From: Squalus acanthias | Taxonomy: Eukaryota | Assembly: GCA_030390025.1 (NCBI GenBank) | Contig: CM059442.1 | Span: 40,114,001 to 40,178,000, forward strand | Direction of reading: 5' to 3' | DNA length: 64,000 nucleotides | Shown: positions 52,297 to 64,000 of the stretch, one piece after another | Numbering within the stretch: the stretch's first letter is position 1 | How the letters are laid out: the number at the start of each line of letters is the position of its first letter | Position numbers and translations under genes: made by a program | The notes under the pieces: model-generated | Told to the model about the DNA's origin: nothing | Databases searched by the model: none | What the model saw: only the letters and a program-made list of their open reading frames with translations

Positions 52297-53543
52297 GGCC
52301 AGTAACCTGGCAGAGCAGATCACCCGCCCTTTACAGAGCCTGCCGAATTTTCCTTTCATGGAAGTCAATGGAAAGGAAATCGGGCGGGTTCTACAACAGG
52401 CGGACCATCTTCCGGGACAATCCAGGTTAGCCACCCCCCACCCTATTCCGACGAAATTGAAAATGACCTTCAGCTTGTTCCTACATTTATAAACCGGCCC
52501 CTGGATGTAGAATACACAACGGCAAGTCACTGAGCTCAGAGTATGCGGTCTGTCCGGCCCCCAGGCAGACATCTGCTGGCCTTGTAGACCTCCTGAGAGC
52601 CCCTCCCTGTCACCCTAGCTTGAAGTGAAGAAATGTATAACCTCAGTATCAACCCTCCAGACCTGCAGGTGGCAATGTTTGGCAGGAACATTTATAGCGG
52701 TTAATAAAAACAAATTGACTGACCTTCTGACTCAATCCTGCGAAGTCGGGGGTTAAATTCACCGGAAAGACAGAGTGTGGACCTGAGGAACTATAAACAA
52801 TAGAGCTATATAAAATAACAGCTCACATTTTATTACTGGTATCATAACCGTTATCCAGCTGGAAGTGTATTGCAGTGCACACTGGCCACAGTATTTCACC
52901 ATAATCAACTGCACATTACTTCTTGATAAATTTTCAGTAATGATACCATTAATCTGACAGTGTGAGCATCATCACGAGCGAATAGTGTGGCAACTTGCAC
53001 TGGTAATGACAGCTGCTGACTGCACAAACTGAATAAAACCTTCACATAAAATTAAAAGGAAGCGGACAGCAGGAAGCGATTTTGAGGCTGTAATCTAATC
53101 CCAGGATTTATGACATGATCTGAACCCTTTGATTAGATTACCGCCTTGTAATCACCCCCAGACAGCCATTCCTCTCTATATAAGGTGTACTTAATACCAC
53201 AGAAATTCTGTTCAAAACTATCGTGCGTTCTATATAATTTTAATACTATTCTATATATTTAACATTTTTTTTTAGGGAGAGCTTTCCTCTCCTTCCTCTC
53301 GGAATTTTTCTCCCATTTTGCTTTCTCCCTTGGGGCTATTCCTGCTCTGTCGCCGTAACTTTAGCAGAAATCCTGTTTACACTTGGCTGTGGAGCGGGAG
53401 AGGCCTTGTAGACATTCCCGGTGCCTATCCCAATTTTTCCACATACGGGCATGCCAACCCCCCCTCCCCCCACCCTCTGGCGCTTGCACCTTGATTTCTG
53501 CTCCATTTCCGTAACAAGCAGTATCTTTATCGCCATCTTCAGC

Positions 53544-56500
53544 GGGAACGGTAGCATAGTGGTAATGTCACCGGGCTAGTAATCCAGAGGCCTGGACTAA
53601 TGATCCAGAGCTGCGAGTTCAAATCCCACCACGGCAGCTGGGGAATTTAAATTCAGTTAATTAAATAAATCTGGAATAAAAAACTAGTATCAGTAATGCT
53701 AACCATGAAACTATTGGATCGTCGTAAAAACCCATCTGGTTCACTAATGTCCTTTAGGGAAGGAAATCTGCCGTCCTTACCTGGTCTGGCCTATATGTGA
53801 CTCCAGACCCCACAGCAATGTGGTTGACTCTTAACTGCCCGCTGAAATGGCCTGGCAAGCCACTCAGTTGTAACTAACCGCTACGAAAAACAATAACAAT
53901 AATAAGAATAAAACCGGATGGACCACCCGGCATCGGCATCGGCATCGGCACCGGCTACAGACACGGCAATGGCACAGCCAGCCCAGTCGACCCTGCAAAG
54001 TCCTCCTCACCAACATCTGGGCACTTGTGCCAAAATTGGTGCCACAGACTGGTCAAGCAACAGCCTGACATAGTCATACTCACAGAATCAAACCTTTCAG
54101 CCAATGTCCCAAACTCTTCCATCACCACCGGCAGGACAGACCTACCAGGGGTGGCGGCACAGTGGTATACAGTTTGGAGTCCTCAACATTGGCTCTGGAC
54201 CCCATGACGTCTCATGGGTTCAGGTCAAGCATGGGCAAGGAAACCTCCTGCTGATTACCGCCCTCCCTCAGCTGATGAATCAGTACTCCTCCATGGTGAA
54301 CACCACTTGGAAGAAGCACTGAGAGTAGCAAGGGCACAAAATATACTCTGGGTGGGGGACTTCAATGTCCATCACCAAGAGTGGCTCAGTAGCGCCACTA
54401 CTGACCGAGCTGAAGGACATAACTGCCAGTCTGGGCCTGTGACACGTGGTGAGAGAACCAACACGAGGGGAAAAACCTACTTCACCTCGTCCTCACCAAT
54501 CTACCTGTCGCAGATAAATCTGTCCATGACAGTATTGGTAGCAGTGACCACTGCACAGTCATTGTGGAGATGAAGTCCCGTCTTCACACTGAGGACACCC
54601 TCCATCGTGTTGTGTGGCACTACCACCGTGCTAAATGGGATAGATTCAGAACAGATCTAGCAGCTCAAAACTGGGCAATCATGAGGTGCTGTGGGGCAGC
54701 AGCTGAATTGTATTGTATTCCACCGCAATCTGTAACCTCATGGCCCGGCATATCCCTCACTCTACCATTACCACCAACCCTGGTTCAATGAGGAGTGCAG
54801 AAGAGCATGCCAGGAGCAGCACCAGGCGTACCTAAAAATGAGGTGCCAACCTGGGAAAGCTGCAACACAGGATTACATGCATGCTAAAAAGCGGAAGCAG
54901 CATGCTATAGACAGGGCTAAGCAATCTCACAATCAACGGATCAGATCAAAGCTCTGCAGTCCTGCCACATCCAGTCGTGAATGGTGGTGGACCATTAAAC
55001 AACTAATGGAAATGGGAGGAGGCTCCATAAATATCCCCAACCTCAATGATTGTGGAGCCCAGCACGTGAGTGCAAAACACAAGGCTGAAGCGTTTGCAAA
55101 CATCTTCAGCCAGAAATGCAGAGTGGATGATCCATATCGGCCTACTCCTGAGGTCCCCACCATCACAGAAGCCAGTCTTCAGCCAATTCGATTCACTCCA
55201 CGTGATATCAAGAAACGGCTGAGCGCACTGGATACAGCAAAGGCTATGGGCCCCGACAACATCCCGGCTATCGTGCTGAAGACTTGTGCTCCAGAACTAG
55301 CCGCACCCCTAGCCAAGCTGTTCCAGTACAGCTACAACACTGGCATCTATCCGACAATGTGGGAAACTGCCCAGGTATGTCCTGTCCACAAAAAGCAGGA
55401 CAAATCCAACCCGGCCAATTACCGCCTCATCAGTCTACTCTCAATCTTCAGCAAAGTGATGGAAGGTGTCATTGACAGTGGTATCAAGCAGCACTTACTC
55501 ACAAATAACCTGCTCACTGATGCCCAGTTGGGTTCCGCCAAGACCACTCGGCTCCCGACCTCATTACAGCCTTGGTCCAAACATGGAAAAAGGAGCTGAA
55601 TTCCAGAGGTGAGTTGAGAGTGACTGTCCTTGACATCAAGGCAGCATTTGACCGAGTGTGGCATCAAGGAGCCCTAGTAAAACTGAAGTCAATGGGAATC
55701 GGGGGGGAAAACGCTCCACTGGCTGGGTCATAACCAGCACAAAGGAAGATGGTAGTTGAAGGTCAATCATCACAGCCCCAGGACATCGTGGCAGGAGTTC
55801 CTCAGGACAGTGTCCTAGGCCCAACCATCTTCAGCTGCTTCATCAATGACCAGCGCCATTCACAACTCCTCAGATAATGAAGCAGTCCATGCCCGCATGC
55901 AACAAGACCTGGACGACGTTCAGGCTTGGGCTGATAAGTGGCAGGTAACGTTCGCGCCACAGAAGTGCCAGGCAATGACTATCTCCAACAAGCGAGAGTC
56001 TAACCACCTCCCCTTGACATTCAACGGTATTACCATCGCCGAATCCCCCACCATCAACATCCTGGGGGTCACCATTGACCAGAAACTTAACTGGACCAGC
56101 CACATAAATACTGTGGCAACAAGAGCAGGTCAGAGGCTAGGTATTCTGCGGCGAGTGTCTCACCTCCTGACTCCCCAGAGCATTTCCACCATCTACAAGG
56201 CACAAGTAAGGAGTGTGATAGAATACTCTCCACTTGCCTGGATGAGTGCAGCTCCAACAACACTCAAGAAGCTCGACACCATCCAGGACAAAGCAGCTCG
56301 CTTGATTGGCACCCCATTCACCACCTTAAACATTCACTCCCTCCACCACCGACGTACCATGGCTGCAGTGTGTACCATCTACAAGATGCACTGCAGCAAC
56401 TCGCCAAGGCTTCTTCGGCAGCACCTCCCAAACCCGCGACCTCTTCCACCTAGAAGGACAAGGGCAGCAGGCGCATGGGAACACCACCACCTCCAAGTTC

Positions 56501-56731
56501 CCCTCCAAGTCACACACCATCCTGACTTAGCAGTATATCGCCGATCCTTCATCGTTGCTGTGTGAAAATCCTGGAACTCCCTACCTAACAGCACTGTGGG
56601 AGTACCTTCACCACAAGGACTGGAGTGGTTCAAGAAGGCGGCTTACCACCACCTTCTCAAGAACAATTAGGTATGGGCAATAAATGCTGGTCTTGCCAGT
56701 GATGCCCACATCCCATGAACGAAAAAAAAAA
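53544..56731 (+). mobile_element. Apparently full-length CR1-group LINE with a tRNA-derived 5' head; family copy 3 (decayed)
   Basis: tRNA-like head, ~330-nt noncoding domain, APE (KVLLTNIW, WVGDFNVHH), RT (the FADD motif is lost by a short deletion at ~55850) and poly-A end. No TSD recognised. Confidence 0.9.
53552..53626 (+). promoter_or_regulatory. Type-2 RNA polymerase III internal promoter (A and B boxes)
   Basis: A box TAGCATAGTGG (53552-53562), B box GAGTTCAAATCC (53615-53626), with anticodon-arm-like hairpins between them. Confidence 0.75.
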
Positions 56732-57652
56732 TCCCCAATATTACTTGGGCTGCAATCTTTCCCTCTCCTTTCTAGCCTGACCTGTGTCTAACTCCTAGTG
56801 TTGTCTCCCCATTAGCAACACTACAGGAGACCCAGCAATATTAACATTTGGCTAGGGGAGCAATTTAAGGGACTGTAATCTTCATGGAGTACAAGTCTAT
56901 TTTGCTTGTACACCAACCTTTAGCGTCCCTACGTGTTGGATATTACCAAATTGATTGTTGAATATAAAGGACTGCATTTTGGTTGACCATATCCATCAAA
57001 CATTTTATTTTTAAAAATGAGATTTTTGTGTTTTAGAGGGTTTGCAAAGAATTCAGTGAATTTTTATGTATTTTTGTATTTTTATAAATAGATCCCAATC
57101 CCCTGCAATCTGGGCCCTAGCTGTCACTGGGCTATTTTCATGGCCTATATTGACTGTTCTGAACCATTCTCCCTAGTTCCCAAATAGTAAAATCACTAAT
57201 AACATAGTAATGTCGGTCAAATATATTAAAACTGACTGGAATTGTACAGCGGGAGGAAGTTTTGCATTTCATCAAATGTTTTTTCTGTTGTGAGGAGAAA
57301 TCTGGTGTTTGATGCTGGCTGGTCACTCAATGGGTGTCACATTAGAATATCTGTTGAATAGCCTGAAGTAGGTCCCCAAGCCTTTTATTAAACAGCAATA
57401 CAATGTCGATACTTACTGAGATCCAGAGGTGTGTGTAACTGCTTAAACGAGGGTTGGCAATTTGTTATGTTGGGTTAAGCTAAAGGTCTTTATACATTTT
57501 CCAACAGCAAGTTGCTAATTAATAACTTACATTTGTAACGCACCACATCTCATTTTATTCATCACTCTAGCTGACAGTCACTTTAGTGTGCGCGCCCACT
57601 AAACCTATCACAGGCAGCTGATCTTTATTTTTGTGAGTGTCACAGATATTCT

Positions 57653-57830
57653 GGGGGGTAATTTTGACTTTGTGCGATAGTGTAAAATGGGTGATAGTGA
57701 ATCGCCAGCCCGTTTTACATCCCTCCCCATTTTGCATTGAAGTCAACGGAAATAAAAATTGGGAGAGATGTAAAAACGCGGCTGACAACTCACCCGTTTT
57801 ACACTATCGGCCAAAGTCTAAAGGACATCC
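57653..57830. mobile_element. Palindromic MITE (same family as 46544-46715)
   Basis: gactttgtgcgatagtgtaaaatggg ... cccgttttacactatcggccaaagtc. Confidence 0.75.
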
Positions 57831-58875
57831 ATTGTCCTTTATTTGCACACTCTTTGGTGTCACGCTAGATTTTATGTTTCTCTGTGTTCAAAGAAAATGA
57901 AAACAAACACATTTTTTTTTAATGCCCCCCTGTGATTTTTCTCCTGGGTTTCTCGCAGCAGTGTCTTTGTTATTTGGTGTCAAATGTGCTTTTAACTTCT
58001 TGGTGAGAAAGTTCACATTGCATCGGTGATGTATTCTTAGAGGTGCCCATTTCCCTTTATTGTTTTGCTTTTTGCTGTATTTCACATGCCTGGGCAGGGG
58101 AGGCGCACCCAATGCACGTCACAATGGCTCATGTGCCATAATAATACCGTAGTCCTTTGTTGTAGTGTTGTGTTAGAACAACAGTTGTCAAAGTGAATTG
58201 AATCAAAGGCCATGTTATACCCATGGTTCATTTTCTGGTATTCAATTCATGCCAGTCTTTACGATGCCCACACATTGTAACCAATAATGTAGCAGACAAA
58301 AGTTTTGCTTGCAATATTTGAAAATACTCACGTTCTATCTGCTGCCATGGACAAACATTTATTGCGTTGTATTTTTACCAGGATCCAACCCCACTGCATA
58401 ACATGTTAGATTGTAACCAGGCGGGGGAAAGTTACAGAAGCATTTGGATCAGTAGCTCCTATGTTGTTTGTACTTATTTCATTAATACCCTGATTTTACT
58501 GCATGAGTGGTCAGATCAGCTCCAACACAGACTACAATCCAACTTCTGTTGTTCAACACAGTGGAACTGATTGCTGCTCTGTATTGGTTGGGACATGTTG
58601 AGCTTTGAGTGTACTAAGATTCCTAGGTCTCTTTCATAGACTTGCACCAATTGGCCGGTCTCCCTGTCACCATTCCCGCCGAATTTTGCAAATGACGAAT
58701 GTGCAAAGAGTGGAAGGAATTAATCCCTGAGGCCTTTGTGCAGTTTTCCTTCGCTATAGAATTATATTAGGACTACAGAAATCTGGTAGTTTTCCAACAG
58801 TTTAAAAAAAAATCTATACTGCATGTTTTTATAGAGGTAGCTTTATGAGTCCACAGTACCAGATGGGGCTGTACA

Positions 58876-59148
58876 TATGGTTGCCAAGCCTCCAGGATTC
58901 CACTGGAATCTCCAGAAATTGAAGATTAATCTCCTGGACGCTGCTGTGAGCAACCCAGGAGAAAAACCACAGGGGCATTAAAAAAAATTATCTGTTTGTT
59001 TTCATTTTCTTTGAACACTTTTGTTTATTAGTTGTAGAAATATTACAAATGCGCAAAAAAAAAGCGGTCTGACTATTCAGGGTCGTTGGAGGTGGGAGGT
59101 CATGTGACGAAGCCTCCAGGAAGACGTCTAACCGGAGTTGGCAACCCT
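58876..59148. mobile_element. hAT-like MITE
   Basis: Termini ggttgccaa ... ttggcaaccct; homologous to the flanks at 7081-7356 and 9444-9548. Confidence 0.7.
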
Positions 59149-62100
59149 CGTAGTCCATATCAAAAATTTGGGCGCTGCGGCCCATGATTTTCCAACAACT
59201 AAAAATACTCGTAAAATTATCCCGCTGCCAAATTACACAAGGCACGACATTCAGAGTTTGATGCTCTGTGGGCCCACCATTCCTGTGTTCATTAAATTAG
59301 CAACAAAAAAAATAGCAGGAGTAAAAAAACACCTCAGAAGGAAGTGGGCAATTGGTCAGTGTTTAGCCCTGATCTGAGGATTCCTACCACTCCAAAAGCC
59401 GAGTGTAAAAGGCTAGTAAAATAGAGAGGGAGAAGGAAGTGTGACTTTTACCTGCTCAAGGCCATTGTCGATGAACTCATGCATTCCACAGCTGTTCAGT
59501 TAAATTGAAAAAGTGAATATTTTACTCCAGACCAGATCTGAAGTTAGTGAGCTGAATACCATCGCAGCAAAGTGAACAGCACAGAGGTGTTTTCTGCCTC
59601 AGGGCATGGACAGGTATATCGTAGTGCAAGAGGGGAGGGCAATCCAGGAGCTCAGGTGGCATATGACTCGCGGCTGGTATTGCTCCAGGCAGTGGGTCGA
59701 CTGCAACAGAGTCAGCTATCTGAGCCTTGTGGAGAAGCAGGCGGAAGACCACAGTCCCGATGACCCTTGCCAGCCTCCGCTCGGCCCCCTCCTGATTGCC
59801 TTCCACCCCCACCTACCCAGGACCTACCTAAGGGCCCCTGCCGGGGGAGACAGCCAGTCCAACTTCATCCTCGAATTGCGCCGGCAATATGCTGATGAGG
59901 CCTGAGGCCCAATTTCGGGTGAGGCTCGGGTCTTCCGGCTTCTGAGGTGCCCTCCCAGCATGCCGTCTATTTCAGGTCCGAAACAAATGTTCGCTTCTGA
60001 GCTTTCTTTTTAATGTTTCATTGTCTTAACATCAAAAGCTACATTAGAATGAAGAAGTTGCACTTATTTCATTTTCACTGATACTTAACAATTCATAAAT
60101 GCAGCAATTTAAAAATCTCAATGAAAATCAGTGATTGTTACCAATGATTTACAAATTTTCCTTATTTTGGGGTCCAATTTTCTCCCACTTTTTGACACTA
60201 AAAACAGAACTTGAAAAAAAGGAAAACCTTTTTAAACTGGCATTAAAAACTGACTTTAATGATCTTTAGATATATTTGCAAATCGTAGAATACATATGAT
60301 TCCAGTAGCTCTGCTACATCCCTTCAAGCTCCACCGTCCTAATGCCTTCTAAATTCTCCTTCCTGAATAAATCAATGAGAGCATCCTCATATGGAGTGAG
60401 TTATTCAGTGCCATGGGGCCTCACCACCTGTTCCATGGTGTGCTCCCCTGATATGTGAATGTTTCACCTTTAAACATAAGTGCACGTTCTTCTTCCCATC
60501 ACAGCATGCATAATTTAATTTGCATAACCTTTCTATTTTAATTTCTAATACCGTACTTGCTACATCCTTTCTGACAGTTCTCAATGTCAGTGCAGTTATT
60601 TTTCCTCAATGTCCCTGTATGTCCTGTGCCAGTACTTCACAGTAATATTCGTGGCTTACCACTGCAACTTCTTCGAAGACTGGGCCACTAAATAGCTGAG
60701 ATAGAGGTGACTCAGTTAGTGACATATTGCCACCTTGGTGGAGCCAGCTGGAGCAGGAGTGTTCCTCCCGGGTCCAATGAAGTGCCAAATACCATTGACA
60801 GCCCGCACACAGGCCCCTCCCAATCACTCCCCCCGCCATCTTCTGATTGCCACCCCCCCACCCCCCACCCCAACCCCCGATCACTTCACCCCCAGGACCT
60901 ACCCGAGGGCCACTTGTCCATTAGGCATCTGCAGCTCGCCAAGGTCATGTAAATGAGGCTCAAGGCCCAATATCGGGTGTGCCTAGGGCCTACCCGTTCT
61001 GGTGCAAGGATTGTTCCCTGCGCCCCCACCTCCCCCCACCCCCATGCTGGGGCGAACCAATTTATAGGCCCTTAGGTCCAAAGTCACCTGTTCCACCCAA
61101 GCACACAGCACTCGCCACGACTGTGTTACTAGTTCAACAAGTGTGATATATTATAGATACATCGTGTGTTCCACTACAATTCCACTTGCACATGGTGGAG
61201 CACAGGCCTTGTGGGACAGCTAAATATCAGAGAATAAATTCTTTCACCAGCACAAACCTAGACCAAATTCCACTGAGTTTATGCTGGCAGCAGCACAATA
61301 GATTGGGCCCTCGATATCTTCATTATAAAATGTCTGGGTCAATTAGCCCTTAGTAACAGGCCCATTTGAAAATCCATTGCAGCACCATATTACTTTTAAA
61401 ATATGATTAGGTTATCTGGAGTTGCTGAGAATACACACACACACTAAAAAAATGATCTTACATAAATCTGTTTGGAATAAGTATTTTGATCATTTTGACG
61501 CAACAGATTCACACAAGGGATGTACTTTTAACATTGGAATGCATCATTTTTCTGAGGTAAAATATGAAACTGGATTTTCGAAACATCAGTGTACATTTCT
61601 CTCCAAGCCTGTTGCTTATCCAGGTCCTACATGTAAAAACCCCATAGCTGAGGCAAAAGAATCTGAAATGGATTTCCAAATCTCCTAATGTTGTCAAAAT
61701 GTAAAGGGTGGAACTGCCACCAAATACAATGATGTTAATATTACATTCTTATACTGTCCCTGTGTTTAGAGTGAGTTGTCTTCTTCTCTTACTCTTTGCT
61801 AGGAATGCCATCCATTGATATCTGATGACAGTGAAATTTAAAGTATGCAGATTATCCCCACTGTCCCTGTGTTGCTGTGCTCACTGATTGATGATTGTTG
61901 ATAACATAAAGTCAATTGAAGTTAAATGAAGTAACCTGACCAAAGGAATTTAGGCCACTTCAATGCTGCTTGTTTGTGAGATTTACGGACATTATTTTCA
62001 TACAGAAATGATTAGAACACCTTTCTTTTGTCATAATTGTCCACTCTCTTTTAGCTGTTTGGTCTTTTTGCTGTATTCCCAGATATTCGACTGTTTTGCA

Positions 62101-62499
62101 CATTGTTATTTATCACACAGTGTTTCCACATTTGGACGGTTGCCAAAATGTCTCTCCTCCTTGGCTCTTCATTCTACTGGTTTAAGTGAACATGGCAGAA
62201 TTACAATTGGTATGCATCAGAATTCAATATGAAAACTTTGCACTGTGCAACTTCACTAAACAATATCTGGGTCAGTCAGCCCTGAACAGCACAAACCCAT
62301 TTCCTTTTCTTGGTCCTTTCTTGACTGGCTAACATTTTTTAAGCATGAGCATGATTTCTGCAAAAGCCACATATTTACACCAAAAAGATGAAGTGACAAT
62401 TTGCGTCTTTCCACATTTGCATTTTGAGGTCTGTATTTAAAACAAGCATTTTCAGAATCTGTCTCACATGCACTTGCATTACAGAGAAATGAACCGGCA

Positions 62500-63390
62500 C
62501 AGCTCCAGCATTGGTTTCTCTTCCTGACTCCGCACCGTTACCGCCAGAGTCTCCCCAGTATCTTTCCTTTGTCCCCTTTTATCCTCATCTGCGTATTGCC
62601 CCTTAACGACCCCATCCACAGACGTGGAGTAGGTTTCCACTGTACACTAAGGACACCTAGCTCTATCTCTCCACGACCTCTCTCGACCCCTCCATTGCCT
62701 CTGTGGTTGTCAGGCTGCTGGTCCGACCAACATCCAGTTTTGAATGAGCCGCAATTTCCTCCAGCTAAACATTAGGAAGACTGAAGCCATTGCCTTCAGT
62801 CCCTGCCATCTATGTACGCTTGCCAATTATTCCATCCCCCTGCCTGTCCAGTGTCCACTGTCTTAGGTTGAACCAGACTGTTTTCAGCTTCAATATCCAA
62901 TTTGACCTGGATTACAGTTTTCAACCCCATATCCTCCCCATCTCAAAAAGCACCTACTTTCACTTCCGTTACATCACCCGTTGCTACCCCTGCCTCTGCC
63001 CAGCTACCACTGAAACCCTCAGCCATGTCTGTCATCTCCAGACTCGACTATTCCAATGCTTTTCTGGTCGGCATCCCATCTTCCACACTCCATAAACTTC
63101 AGTTCATCCAAAATTGTGCTGTCCGTATCCTCTCCTGCACCAAGTCCGGCTTACCCATCACTCCTGCCCTCACCAGCTACATTGGTTCCCCTTTAATTTA
63201 AAATTCTGATCCTTGTGTTTGAATCCCTTTATGGCCTGACCTCTCCCTATCTCTGTAACCTCTTCCAGCCACATAACACCTCCCCACCTCCTAAACTCTC
63301 TATTTCCATTGCTCTACCATCAGCTGCCGCCTAGGCCCCACCCCCTGGAATTCCCTCCCTAAATCCTTCCGCCTCTCCACCACCCTCTCC
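62500..63390 (+). mobile_element. Old degraded L2 fragment
   Basis: VISRLDYSNAFLVGIP..LHKLQFIQNCAVRIL..PITPAL is an L2 ORF2 C-terminal motif. Confidence 0.75.
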
Positions 63391-63784
63391 TAATATTGCT
63401 GAACTGCCAGCCTCAGCCACGCCACAGCAGAGAGGCACCAGGCATTTCACCACGGGAAGCAGGGGAAAAACTGAAGGAAAAGTCGTCAGCGGGGAGGAAC
63501 GTCCACCTGCTAGCGGCTGGCTCAAGAGGTCTGGGATCAAGTTGCCTTTCTGGCATCTGGCCACAGAGTTAATGCAAGTCCTGGGGTGACCAAAAAAGGG
63601 AGCGCAAATAACTTGGAAAAAAATAGTGAATGTACTCTTATCAAAACAAAAGTATGGCCTGGAATTTATAAATAAACAATGTAACACCCGGGGTCTTAAC
63701 CCTGTTGAAGTTGAAACTTTGTTTTTCTATTCATTCTCCAATAGGGCACTTTGGTGAAACTCTGTCTCACCATTTTATAAATAA

Positions 63785-63999
63785 TCATTCTCAAGATGTG
63801 GGCATGCTGGTAAGGCCAGCATTTGCCCATCCCTAATCTCCCTTGAGAAGATGGTGATAGGCCTTCTCCTCGAACTGCTGAATGTAGTGGTTTGATACAA
63901 CTGAGTGGTTTGCGAGGGCAGTTAAGAGTCAACCATGTTGGGACATGAGTCACATATAGGGCAGACCGGGTAAGGAAAGTTTCTTCCCTAAAAGACATT
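63785..63999 (-). mobile_element. SINE made of the 5' domain and 3' tail of the tRNA-headed LINE; runs off the window end
   Basis: 63885-63999 matches LINE ~53745-53884 and 63785-63880 matches LINE ~56625-56720. Confidence 0.8.
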
Positions 64000-64000
64000 A

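Noticed and set aside
53544-53632. Functional tRNA gene
   Set aside because: The anticodon-like arm is duplicated, there is no clean acceptor stem or T-run terminator, and it is contiguous with the retroelement body.
59545-59905. 99-aa ORF 59606-59905 as a host gene
   Set aside because: More likely a frameshifted Harbinger Myb relic (RQWVDCNRV resembles the RTWxQCRKK motif); too degraded to call.

Overview
This is eukaryotic, transposon-dense, apparently intronic or intergenic DNA. The repeat content (CR1/HER1-type LINEs, L2 tails, two Penelope families, Harbinger elements, tRNA-derived SINEs) points to a cartilaginous fish; this is an inference. I could not identify an intact cellular protein-coding gene. 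Nearly all long ORFs are fragments of transposable elements, and the only host-gene sequence I recognised is a 134-nt 5' fragment of ribosomal protein RPS3. The most unusual signal is a CR1-group LINE family with three large copies (10047-13007 -, 36633-38726 +, 53544-56731 +). Its longest copy begins with a tRNA-derived A/B-box head, has a single AP endonuclease (APE) plus RT frame with no in-frame AUG before the endonuclease, and has no TTTT (Pol III terminator) on its sense strand in any copy. That combination suggests a Pol III-transcribed, protein-coding retrotransposon, with an ORF-less SINE partner at 63785-63999. Other notable items are a possible RPS3 pre-mRNA/CR1 chimeric retrocopy, a near-perfect ~1 kb Penelope palindrome, eight hammerhead ribozyme motifs, and a nested SINE>CR1>(Penelope, Harbinger) stack with readable target-site duplications (TSDs). 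Coordinates were read by eye and no database search was run.
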